From Limisphaerales bacterium (GTDB taxonomy: Bacteria; Verrucomicrobiota; Verrucomicrobiia; Limisphaerales; SIBE01), in NCBI GenBank assembly GCA_044225505.1, contig JBGAIN010000017.1:1-64000 (forward strand): DNA of 64,000 nucleotides, given 5' to 3'. Shown in pieces: positions 10,235 to 19,554 of the stretch. Made by a program: the position numbers and the translations under genes. Within the stretch, counting starts at the first letter, position 1, and each line of letters begins with the position of its first letter. Below the pieces are notes generated by a model. That model saw only the letters and a program-made list of their open reading frames with translations. It was not told the origin of the DNA and did not search any database.

Positions 10235-10741
10235 TCAGCGCTCGCCTGTGCGAATTTTGGTCAAAAGCACATCTCCAGTCTCCACAAGCGGTTCGCCAGC
10301 AACCGTGTTCGTGGAACTGCCGAGGGTGTAAGATCGCACTAAGGTCTGATATCCGCTGTGCTCGAAGGCGAGCGTTATGGAATACCACCCTGAGGACCCA
10401 AGAGGACCGAAATTACGCACGCTTTTCATCACAAACTCTCCAGTCTTGCCGGTACGGACGGAACCGGAACTCTGCAGAAGCGGCGCGCCATGCGGCGTTT
10501 CCCCACGCCGCGGATTCGCATCAGACAATAACCGGCGGATCTCCACATTCGCGATCGGCTGACGGTTTTCGGCGTCGATGACCCTTCCGACGACGCGCGG
10601 GGAAACGTACTGTGACGGGGAAACGGTTGAGCACCCGGCCACTGCCAGCACTAGGGCAGTTCCGGCCAGCCAAGTCCAGACAGGTAAACTCAGTGAACGC
10701 GACACGCCTTTCATCTCAGGCCAAGAGACAACACGATTCAA
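10235..10741 (-). CDS. Lipoprotein with carboxypeptidase-regulatory-like (prealbumin-like) domain
   Basis: Lipobox VAGC; GRVIDAENRQPIANVEI, TGKTGEF and FEHSGY motifs. Confidence 0.75.
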   Translation of the reverse strand: MNRVVSWPEMKGVSRSLSLPVWTWLAGTALVLAVAGCSTVSPSQYVSPRVVGRVIDAENRQPIANVEIRRLLSDANPRRGETPHGAPLLQSSGSVRTGKTGEFVMKSVRNFGPLGSSGWYSITLAFEHSGYQTLVRSYTLGSSTNTVAGEPLVETGDVLLTKIRTGER

Positions 10742-10771
10742 GAACGATTCCTCAACGGCGCCATTTCGGGC

Positions 10772-11515
10772 TCATCGGATTCGCGGCGAGAGCATCATCG
10801 CGATGGTTTTGCCGCCAGTGCTGCCATCCGAGCAAAGAAAAGCGCTACCCGCCTCGGGGATCCGAGCTTGGAAGCGCAAGGCTAGATTCGTTCGCAGCGA
10901 GAGTGGATGTCCCTCATCGGGAACGCATTCAGTTAAGAGGATGCGCGACGTCAGGGCAAACTGCCGGCGGTGAACCTGTAATGAACTCTCCAGATCGACG
11001 CCGGCAAAGGCGGCCGAACCGTTCAGCGTCACTGTGGAACCGACCGTCATCGCCCCGGCGATGCCACTGGACGATTGAATAGACGGCCGACTGATCGTTT
11101 CCGCCCCGCTCGCAGCAAGGCGCTGATTCAAGGCGGCAGTCGTTTTCGCGTCCAAGACCCAGACCCCCATGCCGTTCGTGCGAACGACCGGCGGCTGAGG
11201 CAGCAATGAATGCGCACTGGCAGTCAGGCCTTTCAGCTCCATGATGTTCGCCGCCATAACAACCGTTGGGCCGGGCCCTAAACAGCGGAGACGAAGCGAC
11301 TCCCACCCGTTTTGCACGGAGCTCCAAAGCCAGTTTGGAGGCGTTCCGTTGAACGGAAGCACCACCACGTCGGCAGGCGCCGGACGCAGTCCTATCCGGA
11401 GCGCCAAGGCAAGTATCGCCAGGGTTACCCAGGCGGCCAGACGCCATTGTCCACTGGTGCGAGAATTGGGGCCAAAGAGTCGCATGATCCGATACAAACC
11501 CCATTCCAAGAACAA
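10772..11515 (-). CDS. Membrane-anchored protein with a degenerate secretin-like domain
   Basis: N-terminal TM; PTVVMAANIMEL, ISRPSIQSSSG, GVDLESSLQV and IAMMLSPRI are collinear with secretin motifs of the upstream gene. Confidence 0.55.
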   Translation of the reverse strand: MFLEWGLYRIMRLFGPNSRTSGQWRLAAWVTLAILALALRIGLRPAPADVVVLPFNGTPPNWLWSSVQNGWESLRLRCLGPGPTVVMAANIMELKGLTASAHSLLPQPPVVRTNGMGVWVLDAKTTAALNQRLAASGAETISRPSIQSSSGIAGAMTVGSTVTLNGSAAFAGVDLESSLQVHRRQFALTSRILLTECVPDEGHPLSLRTNLALRFQARIPEAGSAFLCSDGSTGGKTIAMMLSPRIR

Positions 11516-11544
11516 GGTTGCTGGCGAATCGTTCGTCCCCCGGT

Positions 11545-14346
11545 CTACTCGGGCTCGTGGACCGGATTGCCGGCCGAATCAATGATGACGGGGGTAATCA
11601 ACAGTAGTAAACGACGGTCCGGACCTCGCGTCTCGCTTGGGAACGGGCCAAGCACGAGGGTTTGGCCGTCCTGCACCGCGGTGACCGTCGTAACTCGCAA
11701 GGGTGCGGCTGGGTCCTCCTGAACCGCGCCGGGACTTGGTTGAGCTAGGTTGCCGTCTGACTCGGATGCGCTGCGGATGGGTGACAACGTAAAGCCGACG
11801 TCCAACTGCACCAACAACCCATCGGGCTTCACGGTGGGTAATACGTCCAGCATCAGACCAAGGCCAGGTATCTCGGCCCGAATTTGCCGTCCACTTAAAG
11901 TGGTGACCCGCGGAGTTGCAAGCTCCGCTTTTGGACGTTGCTGCAAAGTGCGAAGCAATGCATTCCTCTCACTCCTAGAAAGAACGGCTTTAGACCCGGA
12001 CTGGTCTGCCAGGTCGGATCGAAACAGTCGGCCCAAGACCGGAATGTCAGCGAGGACCGGGACTTGGCGATTCGGTGCAACCACGGTCCCCGGTTTCAAG
12101 TCCTCGGGCCCCATTTCAATGAACCTGGCATCGATGGTGACCTGTGGGGGAACGGAATTGAGAACCTGAACGGCCTTTTCGATGATATCGAGATCTTCCA
12201 TGGTGGCGCGGACGAGCAGGAGTCCGGTCCGGTCGTTGAAGAAGATCGCTTTGCCTTCGGCCGGCGGAAATCCCATGGCGCCGGACGCCGCGACCGATTT
12301 CGGAGAGAAATTGACGCCCGCAACGCTGAAGAAATCGCGCATTCGGGCAATCAGTGTGGAGCTGTAGCCCTCCGGGCTGGGGTTCGTGAGATCGCCCGGT
12401 TCCGCGGAGTTTGAAGGCTGGGTGTTCGCCGTAACCTGGGGTGCGATGTTCGTCAATCCGGCGAGGAATGCATTCGGATCCACGCGGTAGGTCCGCGTAA
12501 ACAATTTCTGGGTGTCCGACGGAGCGGCGGAAAAGACGACAGCGTAATCTTCAATGGTATAGTGAATTGGGAAGGTCGCCACTCGGACAATTGCGTCCAG
12601 CAAGTCGCGCAGATGCACATGCTCAAGGCGGAGCGTCACCAGGACTTGGTTCAAATTCCCCGGAGGTCTCCCTGAGCCAGCGGGAAACGGCAGCCCGGTC
12701 TTTGGGTCGATTGACGGCTCTCGCCCAGAGGGCGCGTTCAGGTTGACGATGAAGTTTACCCCGCGACCCTCCGCGTCACTCTGGGTTGAGCGCGTGTTCA
12801 AGTCGCGGATCACTTCGCTTAGCGGCAACTGATCATAAACGACCCCATCGAAGACGATCTCCTGCAGTTTTTGCTGAATGAGAGTTCGGCCTGAGCTGCG
12901 CCGCAATCCACGCTCTTTTCGTGGACCCGGCCGGTTTCTAGATTCCTGAACCAGCCGGGCCTCTTGAATGATGCGCAAGTGGTAGCGTGCATCGCGATCG
13001 TCCGGATGATCCCGCACGACTTCCTGAAGTCGCGCTTCCGCGGCGTCGAGCTGCCCAAGCTCTATCAGTTGCCGTGCTCGCAGGACAGCTAGCGACTCAG
13101 GAATAGGGGAGGGCGACGAGGCCGAGGGCTTCTCCGAGGCGATGGGAGTTGGCGGCGCTGAGTTCGTCGCGGGCACCGGTAGTGTTGGCTGGGCCTTACT
13201 AAGTTGCGCCTCTGTCAGCGTCGTCAGGCCGAGCGCACCAAACAGCAGCAGCGTGACCCAAGGACGGCGTGGCGCCGGCCGAAAAGAGGCTATCTGCCGC
13301 ATCCGTTGCTTCATCTGCCGCATATCTTCCACCACGCCGACCGCGCCAGGCACTGGCGAGGGCCGAGTCAGGCTGGAAAGGATGCGTAGGATGGCTTCGC
13401 CATAGAGACGGTTTTCGCCCGGGTTCATCCGTGCAAGCACGAGGGCATCGCAAGCCAGCTCGCGGTCAACGCGGAGGCGACCACAAGCCCACCAGAGCAC
13501 AGGGTTGAACCAGTGCACCGCGAGCAACAAACCTGACGCCCAGGTCACGCCCATATCGCACCGTCGAATATGCGCGAGTTCGTGGAGAAAGATGAAACGA
13601 AGGTCGGGTGCTGACCATTGCGAGGCCATGCCCAGCGGAAGCAGTAATCGCGGACGAAACAGGCCGTAAAGGGCGGGACTTCGGACAACGCGCGTCTCCA
13701 AAAGACGCGGCACTTGTCGGACACCGATCTGCTGGGCGCACATGAGGAGAAGGGCGTTCAAGTCCGCGTCCACGATCTGCGAGGATTGCCGCAACTGAAC
13801 CCACACCTTCAAATTCTGCCAGCAGAAACGGCTCAGCAGGCATACCACCCCGGCGAGCCAGACCCACCCCAATGCGGCGGGCCAGAGCGCCCGCGGCAAT
13901 ACGAAGCCGCCGGTCTGCGCTGCGTTCGCACTTTGGGATGTTTGCTGCTGCAACGCCGCCGTGCTGGGCATGGTGTCCTTGGCGCGGAACGTGTCCAAGA
14001 TTCTCTTGCTCGACGGGTCCGTCCCGGTTTGAGCCTCTCCCTCGTTCACGTCTTTCCGCTCGCATATGACGGAGGCAGATTCCGCGACTGCCAGCGCGGT
14101 GGAAGCTTGGCGGGAATCTCTTATTGAGGCGTCTGGGTGCAAGTTGAAGACGCTGACCGGGCTCGGTATCGAGATGGGCAAAGCCAGCCGGATTAACAGG
14201 AGAAACCAAAGCGCATGACAGGTGCCCGGCGCGAGGCGCCGCCGAAACAGCGTTTGCACGAGGACGATAACGGCGACGACGACGCAAGCTTGCACCGAAA
14301 TGTGAAGCACGCGCTCGGTCACCTGGATCAAGACGGGAGTTGGCAT
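11545..14346 (-). CDS. BlaR1/MecR1-type M56 zinc protease fused to TPR, secretin N-domains and a type II/IV secretin domain
   Basis: HELAHIRR, HWFNP and ELACD (M56); PQVTIDARFIE, TPRVTTLSG, DGQTLVLG, LLLLITPVII and VPVLADIPVLGRLFRS (secretin); ATG at 14346 just after the blaI stop. Confidence 0.9.
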   Translation of the reverse strand: MPTPVLIQVTERVLHISVQACVVVAVIVLVQTLFRRRLAPGTCHALWFLLLIRLALPISIPSPVSVFNLHPDASIRDSRQASTALAVAESASVICERKDVNEGEAQTGTDPSSKRILDTFRAKDTMPSTAALQQQTSQSANAAQTGGFVLPRALWPAALGWVWLAGVVCLLSRFCWQNLKVWVQLRQSSQIVDADLNALLLMCAQQIGVRQVPRLLETRVVRSPALYGLFRPRLLLPLGMASQWSAPDLRFIFLHELAHIRRCDMGVTWASGLLLAVHWFNPVLWWACGRLRVDRELACDALVLARMNPGENRLYGEAILRILSSLTRPSPVPGAVGVVEDMRQMKQRMRQIASFRPAPRRPWVTLLLFGALGLTTLTEAQLSKAQPTLPVPATNSAPPTPIASEKPSASSPSPIPESLAVLRARQLIELGQLDAAEARLQEVVRDHPDDRDARYHLRIIQEARLVQESRNRPGPRKERGLRRSSGRTLIQQKLQEIVFDGVVYDQLPLSEVIRDLNTRSTQSDAEGRGVNFIVNLNAPSGREPSIDPKTGLPFPAGSGRPPGNLNQVLVTLRLEHVHLRDLLDAIVRVATFPIHYTIEDYAVVFSAAPSDTQKLFTRTYRVDPNAFLAGLTNIAPQVTANTQPSNSAEPGDLTNPSPEGYSSTLIARMRDFFSVAGVNFSPKSVAASGAMGFPPAEGKAIFFNDRTGLLLVRATMEDLDIIEKAVQVLNSVPPQVTIDARFIEMGPEDLKPGTVVAPNRQVPVLADIPVLGRLFRSDLADQSGSKAVLSRSERNALLRTLQQRPKAELATPRVTTLSGRQIRAEIPGLGLMLDVLPTVKPDGLLVQLDVGFTLSPIRSASESDGNLAQPSPGAVQEDPAAPLRVTTVTAVQDGQTLVLGPFPSETRGPDRRLLLLITPVIIDSAGNPVHEPE

Positions 14347-14348
14347 AG

Positions 14349-14723
14349 CTATTTCTCCTTTTCCTCGAGGATGCGTTTCAACTCTTGAATTTCTTCGGGA
14401 GACAAACGTGCGGTCTTTACTAAATGCACCAACATGGAAGCGGGCTCTCCTCCAAAAACGCGTTCCAGGAAGCTCTGACTCTCTTTGCGAACGCATTTCT
14501 CCATGGTGACGCGCGGCCAGTAAAGGTAGCGTTTGCCTTCGACTTCAAAGCGCAGCGCACCTTTCTTGACGAGGCGATCGAGCAGTGTGCGAATGGTGCG
14601 CGACCGCCAACCGCGTTTGGTTTCCAGTTGCTCGACGATATCACTGGCAGCGGAGGGGGTCCGGTTCCAGACCACGGTCATGACTTCCCATTCGGCGGCG
14701 GAGATTTGAGGACACGCTTTCAT
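14349..14723 (-). CDS. BlaI/MecI/CopY family transcriptional repressor
   Basis: ISAAEWEVMTVVW, WRSRTIRTLLDRLVKKG, FLERVFGG..LSPEEIQEL. Confidence 0.95.
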   Translation of the reverse strand: MKACPQISAAEWEVMTVVWNRTPSAASDIVEQLETKRGWRSRTIRTLLDRLVKKGALRFEVEGKRYLYWPRVTMEKCVRKESQSFLERVFGGEPASMLVHLVKTARLSPEEIQELKRILEEKEK

Positions 14724-14724
14724 G

Positions 14725-14762
14725 GCTACAGATGTAGCATGACACCTACTACACGTGTAGTA
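14725..14762. promoter_or_regulatory. Two BlaI-type operator dyads
   Basis: GCTACA-GA-TGTAGC (14725-14738) and the perfect palindrome TACTACACGTGTAGTA (14747-14762), both containing TACA-N2-TGTA, immediately 5' of the blaI start. Confidence 0.85.
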
Positions 14763-14833
14763 TGTAACGCAAGCGAAATTTACAACCTTTCAGTAGTTTT
14801 CAACCGGACGAGTTGCTAGGCTTTGGCGAGCGA

Positions 14834-15712
14834 ATGAGCACTTCTTTCCCTAGCGCAGCCTGGCTCGACCGGGAATCGGCCAAGCCGATTCCGGTGACGG
14901 GTAATTGTTCTCTGGGACGCGCCACTGGCAACGACGTGGTGTTGGTGGACGATCGAGTATCCCGCCGTCACGCGACCATTCACGCGCAAGGGGAGCAGGA
15001 GTTTCTCCTGGTGGACCTGGGCAGTCGCAATGGCACATTCTTAAATGGCCGACGCGTCAATCAACCCACACGATTGCGAGATGGCGATCAGTTGCAGGTG
15101 GGACCCTTCACGCTGACATTTCATCAATTGGCCGGGACCGATGCCGGGAACACACGGTCGGCCCCGGCGGCGCAAACGTTGGTCGAGTTGAGTTCGGTGA
15201 ATTGCTGGCTGATGCTCTGCGACATTGCAGGCTCTTCCGTGCTGGCGCGAGAGAAGTCTGGCGAGGAGCTCGCGATGCTGATGGGCGGCTGGTTTGCGCG
15301 GTGCAAAGAGGCCATTGAAGATAGCGGCGGCGCCATCAACAAGTATTTGGGCGACGGCCTATTGGCATTTTGGCGGGCGCGTCCCGAGACCCGGCCGCAT
15401 GTGGCTCAAGCCGTGCGCGACCTCATCCGGATGCAACAGTCCGGTCCGCCGCCTTTCCGCGTAGTGATTCACTACGGCTCAGTAGTGATCGGAGGCGTGC
15501 CCTCGTCGGGCGAAGACAGCTTGGGAGGCCCCGAGGTGAACTTGGTCTTTCGCATGGAACGGCTGGGGAGCGAGTTGCGGGTGCCGACGCTGGCAAGCGG
15601 GGCGGCGTTGCGGCAAATGGAGGGTTTATTGGCAGGCAAGTCCGCGGGAGCATTTCCGCTGGCGGGATTTGAAGGGGAACACGAGATGTTTACGTTGGAA
15701 AGGGTAGTTTGA
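14834..15712 (+). CDS. FHA domain plus class III adenylate/guanylate cyclase
   Basis: FHA: LGR..VSRRHA..DLGSRNGT; cyclase: CDIAGS, KYLGDG, D..VNLVFRME. Confidence 0.9.
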   Translation: MSTSFPSAAWLDRESAKPIPVTGNCSLGRATGNDVVLVDDRVSRRHATIHAQGEQEFLLVDLGSRNGTFLNGRRVNQPTRLRDGDQLQVGPFTLTFHQLAGTDAGNTRSAPAAQTLVELSSVNCWLMLCDIAGSSVLAREKSGEELAMLMGGWFARCKEAIEDSGGAINKYLGDGLLAFWRARPETRPHVAQAVRDLIRMQQSGPPPFRVVIHYGSVVIGGVPSSGEDSLGGPEVNLVFRMERLGSELRVPTLASGAALRQMEGLLAGKSAGAFPLAGFEGEHEMFTLERVV

Positions 15713-15742
15713 CTCTCGAACGCGGATCAATAGCGTGTCTCG

Positions 15743-16396
15743 ATGATTATTGCCCCATCATTGCTGGCGGCTAACTTCGCCCGTCTCGGGAACGAAGTGC
15801 AACGGGCTGGCCGAGCGCGAGCGGATTGGCTGCATTTGGACATCATGGATGGTCATTTTGTGCCAAACCTTTCATTCGGGCCGGGCTTGGTGAAGACCTT
15901 GCGGCCGCTCACCCGTCTGTTTTTTGACGTGCATTTGATGTGTTCGAAACCGGAGATCCTGATTGAGCCATTTGCCAAGGCGGGAGCCGATTCCATGACC
16001 GTGCATGTTGAACTCGGCGAGCGGTTGACTCCGTTATTTTGGAAAATCCGATCTCTTTCGAAGAAGGTTGGTTTAGCAATCAATCCACCGACAGCGATCT
16101 CGACGGTGTTGCCGTACTTGAAGCATATTGACTTGCTGCTCGTGATGACGGTCAATCCGGGATTCGGCGGTCAAGAGTTTATCCACGAAACGTTGACAAA
16201 AATTGAACAAGCGCATGCTTGGCGTCAGGAACAGGGCCTCTCGTTTCGTTTGGAAGTGGATGGTGGGATCACGGAGGTGACTGCGGCAAGCTGCGCCCAA
16301 GCGGGAGCCGACACGTTTGTGAGCGGGACTGGTCTGTTTAGAGCGAGGAACATGAAGGCGGCTGTCGAAAGGATGCGAAAGGCGGTGGAGCAGTGA
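15743..16396 (+). CDS. rpe: Ribulose-phosphate 3-epimerase
   Basis: IAPSLL, HLDIMDGHFVPN, DVHLM, MTVNPGFGGQ, EVDGG. Confidence 0.97.
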   Translation: MIIAPSLLAANFARLGNEVQRAGRARADWLHLDIMDGHFVPNLSFGPGLVKTLRPLTRLFFDVHLMCSKPEILIEPFAKAGADSMTVHVELGERLTPLFWKIRSLSKKVGLAINPPTAISTVLPYLKHIDLLLVMTVNPGFGGQEFIHETLTKIEQAHAWRQEQGLSFRLEVDGGITEVTAASCAQAGADTFVSGTGLFRARNMKAAVERMRKAVEQ

Positions 16397-16586
16397 GGGT
16401 GGCGTATGGGTGCCGGGACTCGCGCATTCGCCGACGATACTCGGCATAGTCTGTGCTTATTTGACGATTTGAAAGCAGATCTGTTGTGAATCTCACAAGA
16501 CGTAACTGGGAAAGGTTGGTCATCGCAGCAGGGAAGTGTTGCGAAAACGCCTCCGACCAACGCGGCGGAGCGAGGCCGGTCCGCGT

Positions 16587-16614
16587 TTGACATTGAATCT
16601 TTCACCGATAGTAT
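16587..16614 (+). promoter_or_regulatory. Candidate sigma70 promoter for the pil operon
   Basis: TTGACA-16 bp-TAGTAT about 45 bp upstream of pilB. Confidence 0.5.
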
Positions 16615-16658
16615 CTCATTGATTCCCATTGTGAATCCCTAAACCGGAAAGGCAGTCT

Positions 16659-18368
16659 GTGGCCACACGAGATGATTATTTGATCGAAACGTTGACCGAC
16701 ATGGGATTGCTCTCGAATGAGCAAATCGATCCCGTCCGCTCTGAAGCCGATGCCTCTGGTGAAGGCGTGATTGACACGCTAATTGCGAAAAATGTCCTCC
16801 GCCCAGCGGATGTCGCCCAAGCCCGCGCAGCCCACGCTGGAGTAGAATTTGTCAAACTGAGCGACCTGAAGATTGGCGACGACGTGATCAAGGCGGTCCC
16901 TCGGCATATCGCCAAGCGATATAATGTTGTGCCCATCCTCAAGGACGAGAATGGCATCAAAATCGCCATCGCTGACCCCTCCGATTTGGATACCATCGAC
17001 AGCTTGCAGCATTCCCTCGGGCTGCAAGTGGAAATGGCGGTGGCGAGCCCTGATGATATTGAATCGGCGCTTGGCCGTTATTACGGCGCTAAGGACGACA
17101 GCGTCAGCAAGATGATTCAGGATATCACCGAGGGTGAGGTTGAGGTCGGGAAAGCTGGCATTCTCGGAAAAGATGATGACGCGGCGGTCGTGGAAGCGGA
17201 CGCGCCCATCATTAAACTCGTGAATACCATTATCGTCGAAGCGTTTAAGGCGCGCGCTTCGGATATTCACCTGGAACCCTTGTCGAAGTCTTTTCGCTTG
17301 CGATATCGGATTGACGGCGTGCTGCACGAGATGAAAAGCCCGCCGAAACGGTTGCAACCAGCAATCATCAGCCGGTTAAAGATCCAGTCCAATATGTCCA
17401 TCTCGGAAAAGCGAATTCCGCAGGACGGACGTATTCAAGCCGCCGTGGGTGGAAAGACGATTGATTTGCGTGTCTCTTGTTTGCCGACGAATCACGGCGA
17501 GAGCATCGTCATGCGTATTCTGGATAAGGAAGGTCTTCGGCTGGGTCTTCCTGAGTTAGGGTTCTTTACGGATGATCAGCAGACCTTCGAACGCCTGATT
17601 GGATTGCCAGACGGGATTTTGCTGGTGACTGGTCCGACTGGTTCGGGCAAAACGACGACTCTTTACTCGTGTCTAAACTTCATCAATCGTCCCGATCGCA
17701 AGATCATTACTGTGGAAGACCCGGTTGAATACCAGCTTGCTGGTATTAATCAGGTTCAAGTTGCGGAAATCATCGGGTTCACGTTTGCATCGGCGTTGAG
17801 GTCGATTCTCCGTCAAGCGCCGAACGTGATTATGATCGGTGAAATTCGTGACTTGGAAACGGCGACCATCGCGGTAAACGCGTCGCTGACCGGTCACTTG
17901 GTCTTCTCGACCTTGCACACGAATGACGCGCCTGGAGCTGTGACGCGTTTGATTGACATCGGAGTAAAACCATTCCTTGTCGCATCGTCCACGCGAGCGC
18001 TAATGGCGCAACGTCTGGTGCGCAAAGTTTGCAAGAAGTGCGCCACCCCCTATACACCTCCCGAGGCAGAACTTCGTTCGCTTAGTATCGATCCCGCCAA
18101 GCACGATGGGGCGACTTTCATGCGCGGCAAAGGATGCGATAACTGTTCGAAGACCGGCCATCGTGGACGTTTTGGGATTTTCGAGGTTTTCGTGATCGAT
18201 GACGAAGCGCGAAAGCTCATTTACGATAAAGTGCCTTCTTCAGTGCTTCGCATCCGCGCACGTGAAATGGGCATGCGCACGTTGCGTGAAGATGGCGCAC
18301 GCAAGGTATTGGCTGGGTTGACCACGCCTGAAGAGGTGATCCGCGCCACGGTAGGTGACTCGGACTAG
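16659..18368 (+). CDS. pilB: Type IV pilus assembly ATPase (GspE/PilB family), copy 1
   Basis: [42 protein letters not shown], tetracysteine motif. Confidence 0.92.
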   Translation: MATRDDYLIETLTDMGLLSNEQIDPVRSEADASGEGVIDTLIAKNVLRPADVAQARAAHAGVEFVKLSDLKIGDDVIKAVPRHIAKRYNVVPILKDENGIKIAIADPSDLDTIDSLQHSLGLQVEMAVASPDDIESALGRYYGAKDDSVSKMIQDITEGEVEVGKAGILGKDDDAAVVEADAPIIKLVNTIIVEAFKARASDIHLEPLSKSFRLRYRIDGVLHEMKSPPKRLQPAIISRLKIQSNMSISEKRIPQDGRIQAAVGGKTIDLRVSCLPTNHGESIVMRILDKEGLRLGLPELGFFTDDQQTFERLIGLPDGILLVTGPTGSGKTTTLYSCLNFINRPDRKIITVEDPVEYQLAGINQVQVAEIIGFTFASALRSILRQAPNVIMIGEIRDLETATIAVNASLTGHLVFSTLHTNDAPGAVTRLIDIGVKPFLVASSTRALMAQRLVRKVCKKCATPYTPPEAELRSLSIDPAKHDGATFMRGKGCDNCSKTGHRGRFGIFEVFVIDDEARKLIYDKVPSSVLRIRAREMGMRTLREDGARKVLAGLTTPEEVIRATVGDSD

Positions 18369-18449
18369 GCCGGGATGAGGTTGACCCGCATCAACGAGTT
18401 GCGTGAGCCCAATTGACACCTTTTGATTCTGAATTGGTAATCCCAAGTT

Positions 18450-19550
18450 ATGTCATATTCAATGTCCGATCTGTTGCAGCTGGTCGTCTCCGAAGGCGCC
18501 GCTGACTTGCATATCCGTGTCCTTTGTCCGCCCGTGATACGTCTGCACGGCGTGCTGCATCGCGTTGAAGGCCCCTCGCTGCGACCGGAAGACACGGAAG
18601 AGTTGATGCGTAGTATTACTTCGGACGATCACATTCAACAGGTGCGGGAACGAGGTGGTGCGGACTTTGGGTTTGCCTTCGGAGAATTAGCGCGGTTTCG
18701 CGTCAGCGTTTTCAAGGAGAAGGGGAATTTTGGCATGGTCTTGCGCCAGATCCCAAGCAAGCTGTTGACGATGGATCAGATTGGGTTGCCTCCGTCGGTG
18801 CGCGAACTTCTCTATAAGCCTCGCGGTTTGGTATTAGTCACAGGACCGACCGGCTCGGGCAAAACCACCACGCTGGCCTCGATGATCAACATCATCAACG
18901 AGGAACGCGACGATGCGCATATCATCACGATTGAAGACCCGATCGAGTATTACCATAAGCACAAGAAGGCGGTCGTGACGCAGCGGGAAGTGAACGTCGA
19001 CGTGCCGAACTTTGCGGAAGCGCTGCGACGCGCACTCCGTCAGGATCCCGACGTGATTCTGGTAGGTGAGTTGCGCGACTTGGAAACGATGGATGCCGCG
19101 ATCACAGCGGCGGAAACGGGGCACTTGGTCTTTGGCACTCTCCACACGACGGGGGCGGCGAAGACCATCGATCGTATCGTGAACGCATTCCCGACAAGCC
19201 AACAAGAGCAGATCCGCATTCAGCTTTCGACCGTGCTTCAAGCGGTGATTTCCCAGTTGCTCATTCCACGAGTCGACAAGCCCGGGCGCGTCGCCATTTT
19301 CGAGGTAATGATCAACACCCCATCTGTCGCCGCGCTTATTCGCGATAATAAAACCTTCCGAATTAACTCGGACATTCAGACCGGCGCGAAATACGGGATG
19401 GTCACTTTGGACAGTTTTCTCCTCGACAAATACCAGCTCGGCATGATTTCCCAGGAAGAAGTGATTACGAAATCGCAAGACCCAACCACGGTCATGCTCA
19501 AGCTGCAGGAATTGGAAGCGAGCCGAGCAGCGGCGGAAGCCCACTCTTAA
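18450..19550 (+). CDS. pilT: Type IV pilus retraction ATPase
   Basis: [52 protein letters not shown]. Confidence 0.95.
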   Translation: MSYSMSDLLQLVVSEGAADLHIRVLCPPVIRLHGVLHRVEGPSLRPEDTEELMRSITSDDHIQQVRERGGADFGFAFGELARFRVSVFKEKGNFGMVLRQIPSKLLTMDQIGLPPSVRELLYKPRGLVLVTGPTGSGKTTTLASMINIINEERDDAHIITIEDPIEYYHKHKKAVVTQREVNVDVPNFAEALRRALRQDPDVILVGELRDLETMDAAITAAETGHLVFGTLHTTGAAKTIDRIVNAFPTSQQEQIRIQLSTVLQAVISQLLIPRVDKPGRVAIFEVMINTPSVAALIRDNKTFRINSDIQTGAKYGMVTLDSFLLDKYQLGMISQEEVITKSQDPTTVMLKLQELEASRAAAEAHS

Positions 19551-19554
19551 TCTC

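Noticed and set aside
14347..14496. N-terminal 50-aa extension of the M56 ORF
   Set aside because: Overlaps blaI; the ATG at 14346 follows the blaI stop with a GGAG-type RBS.
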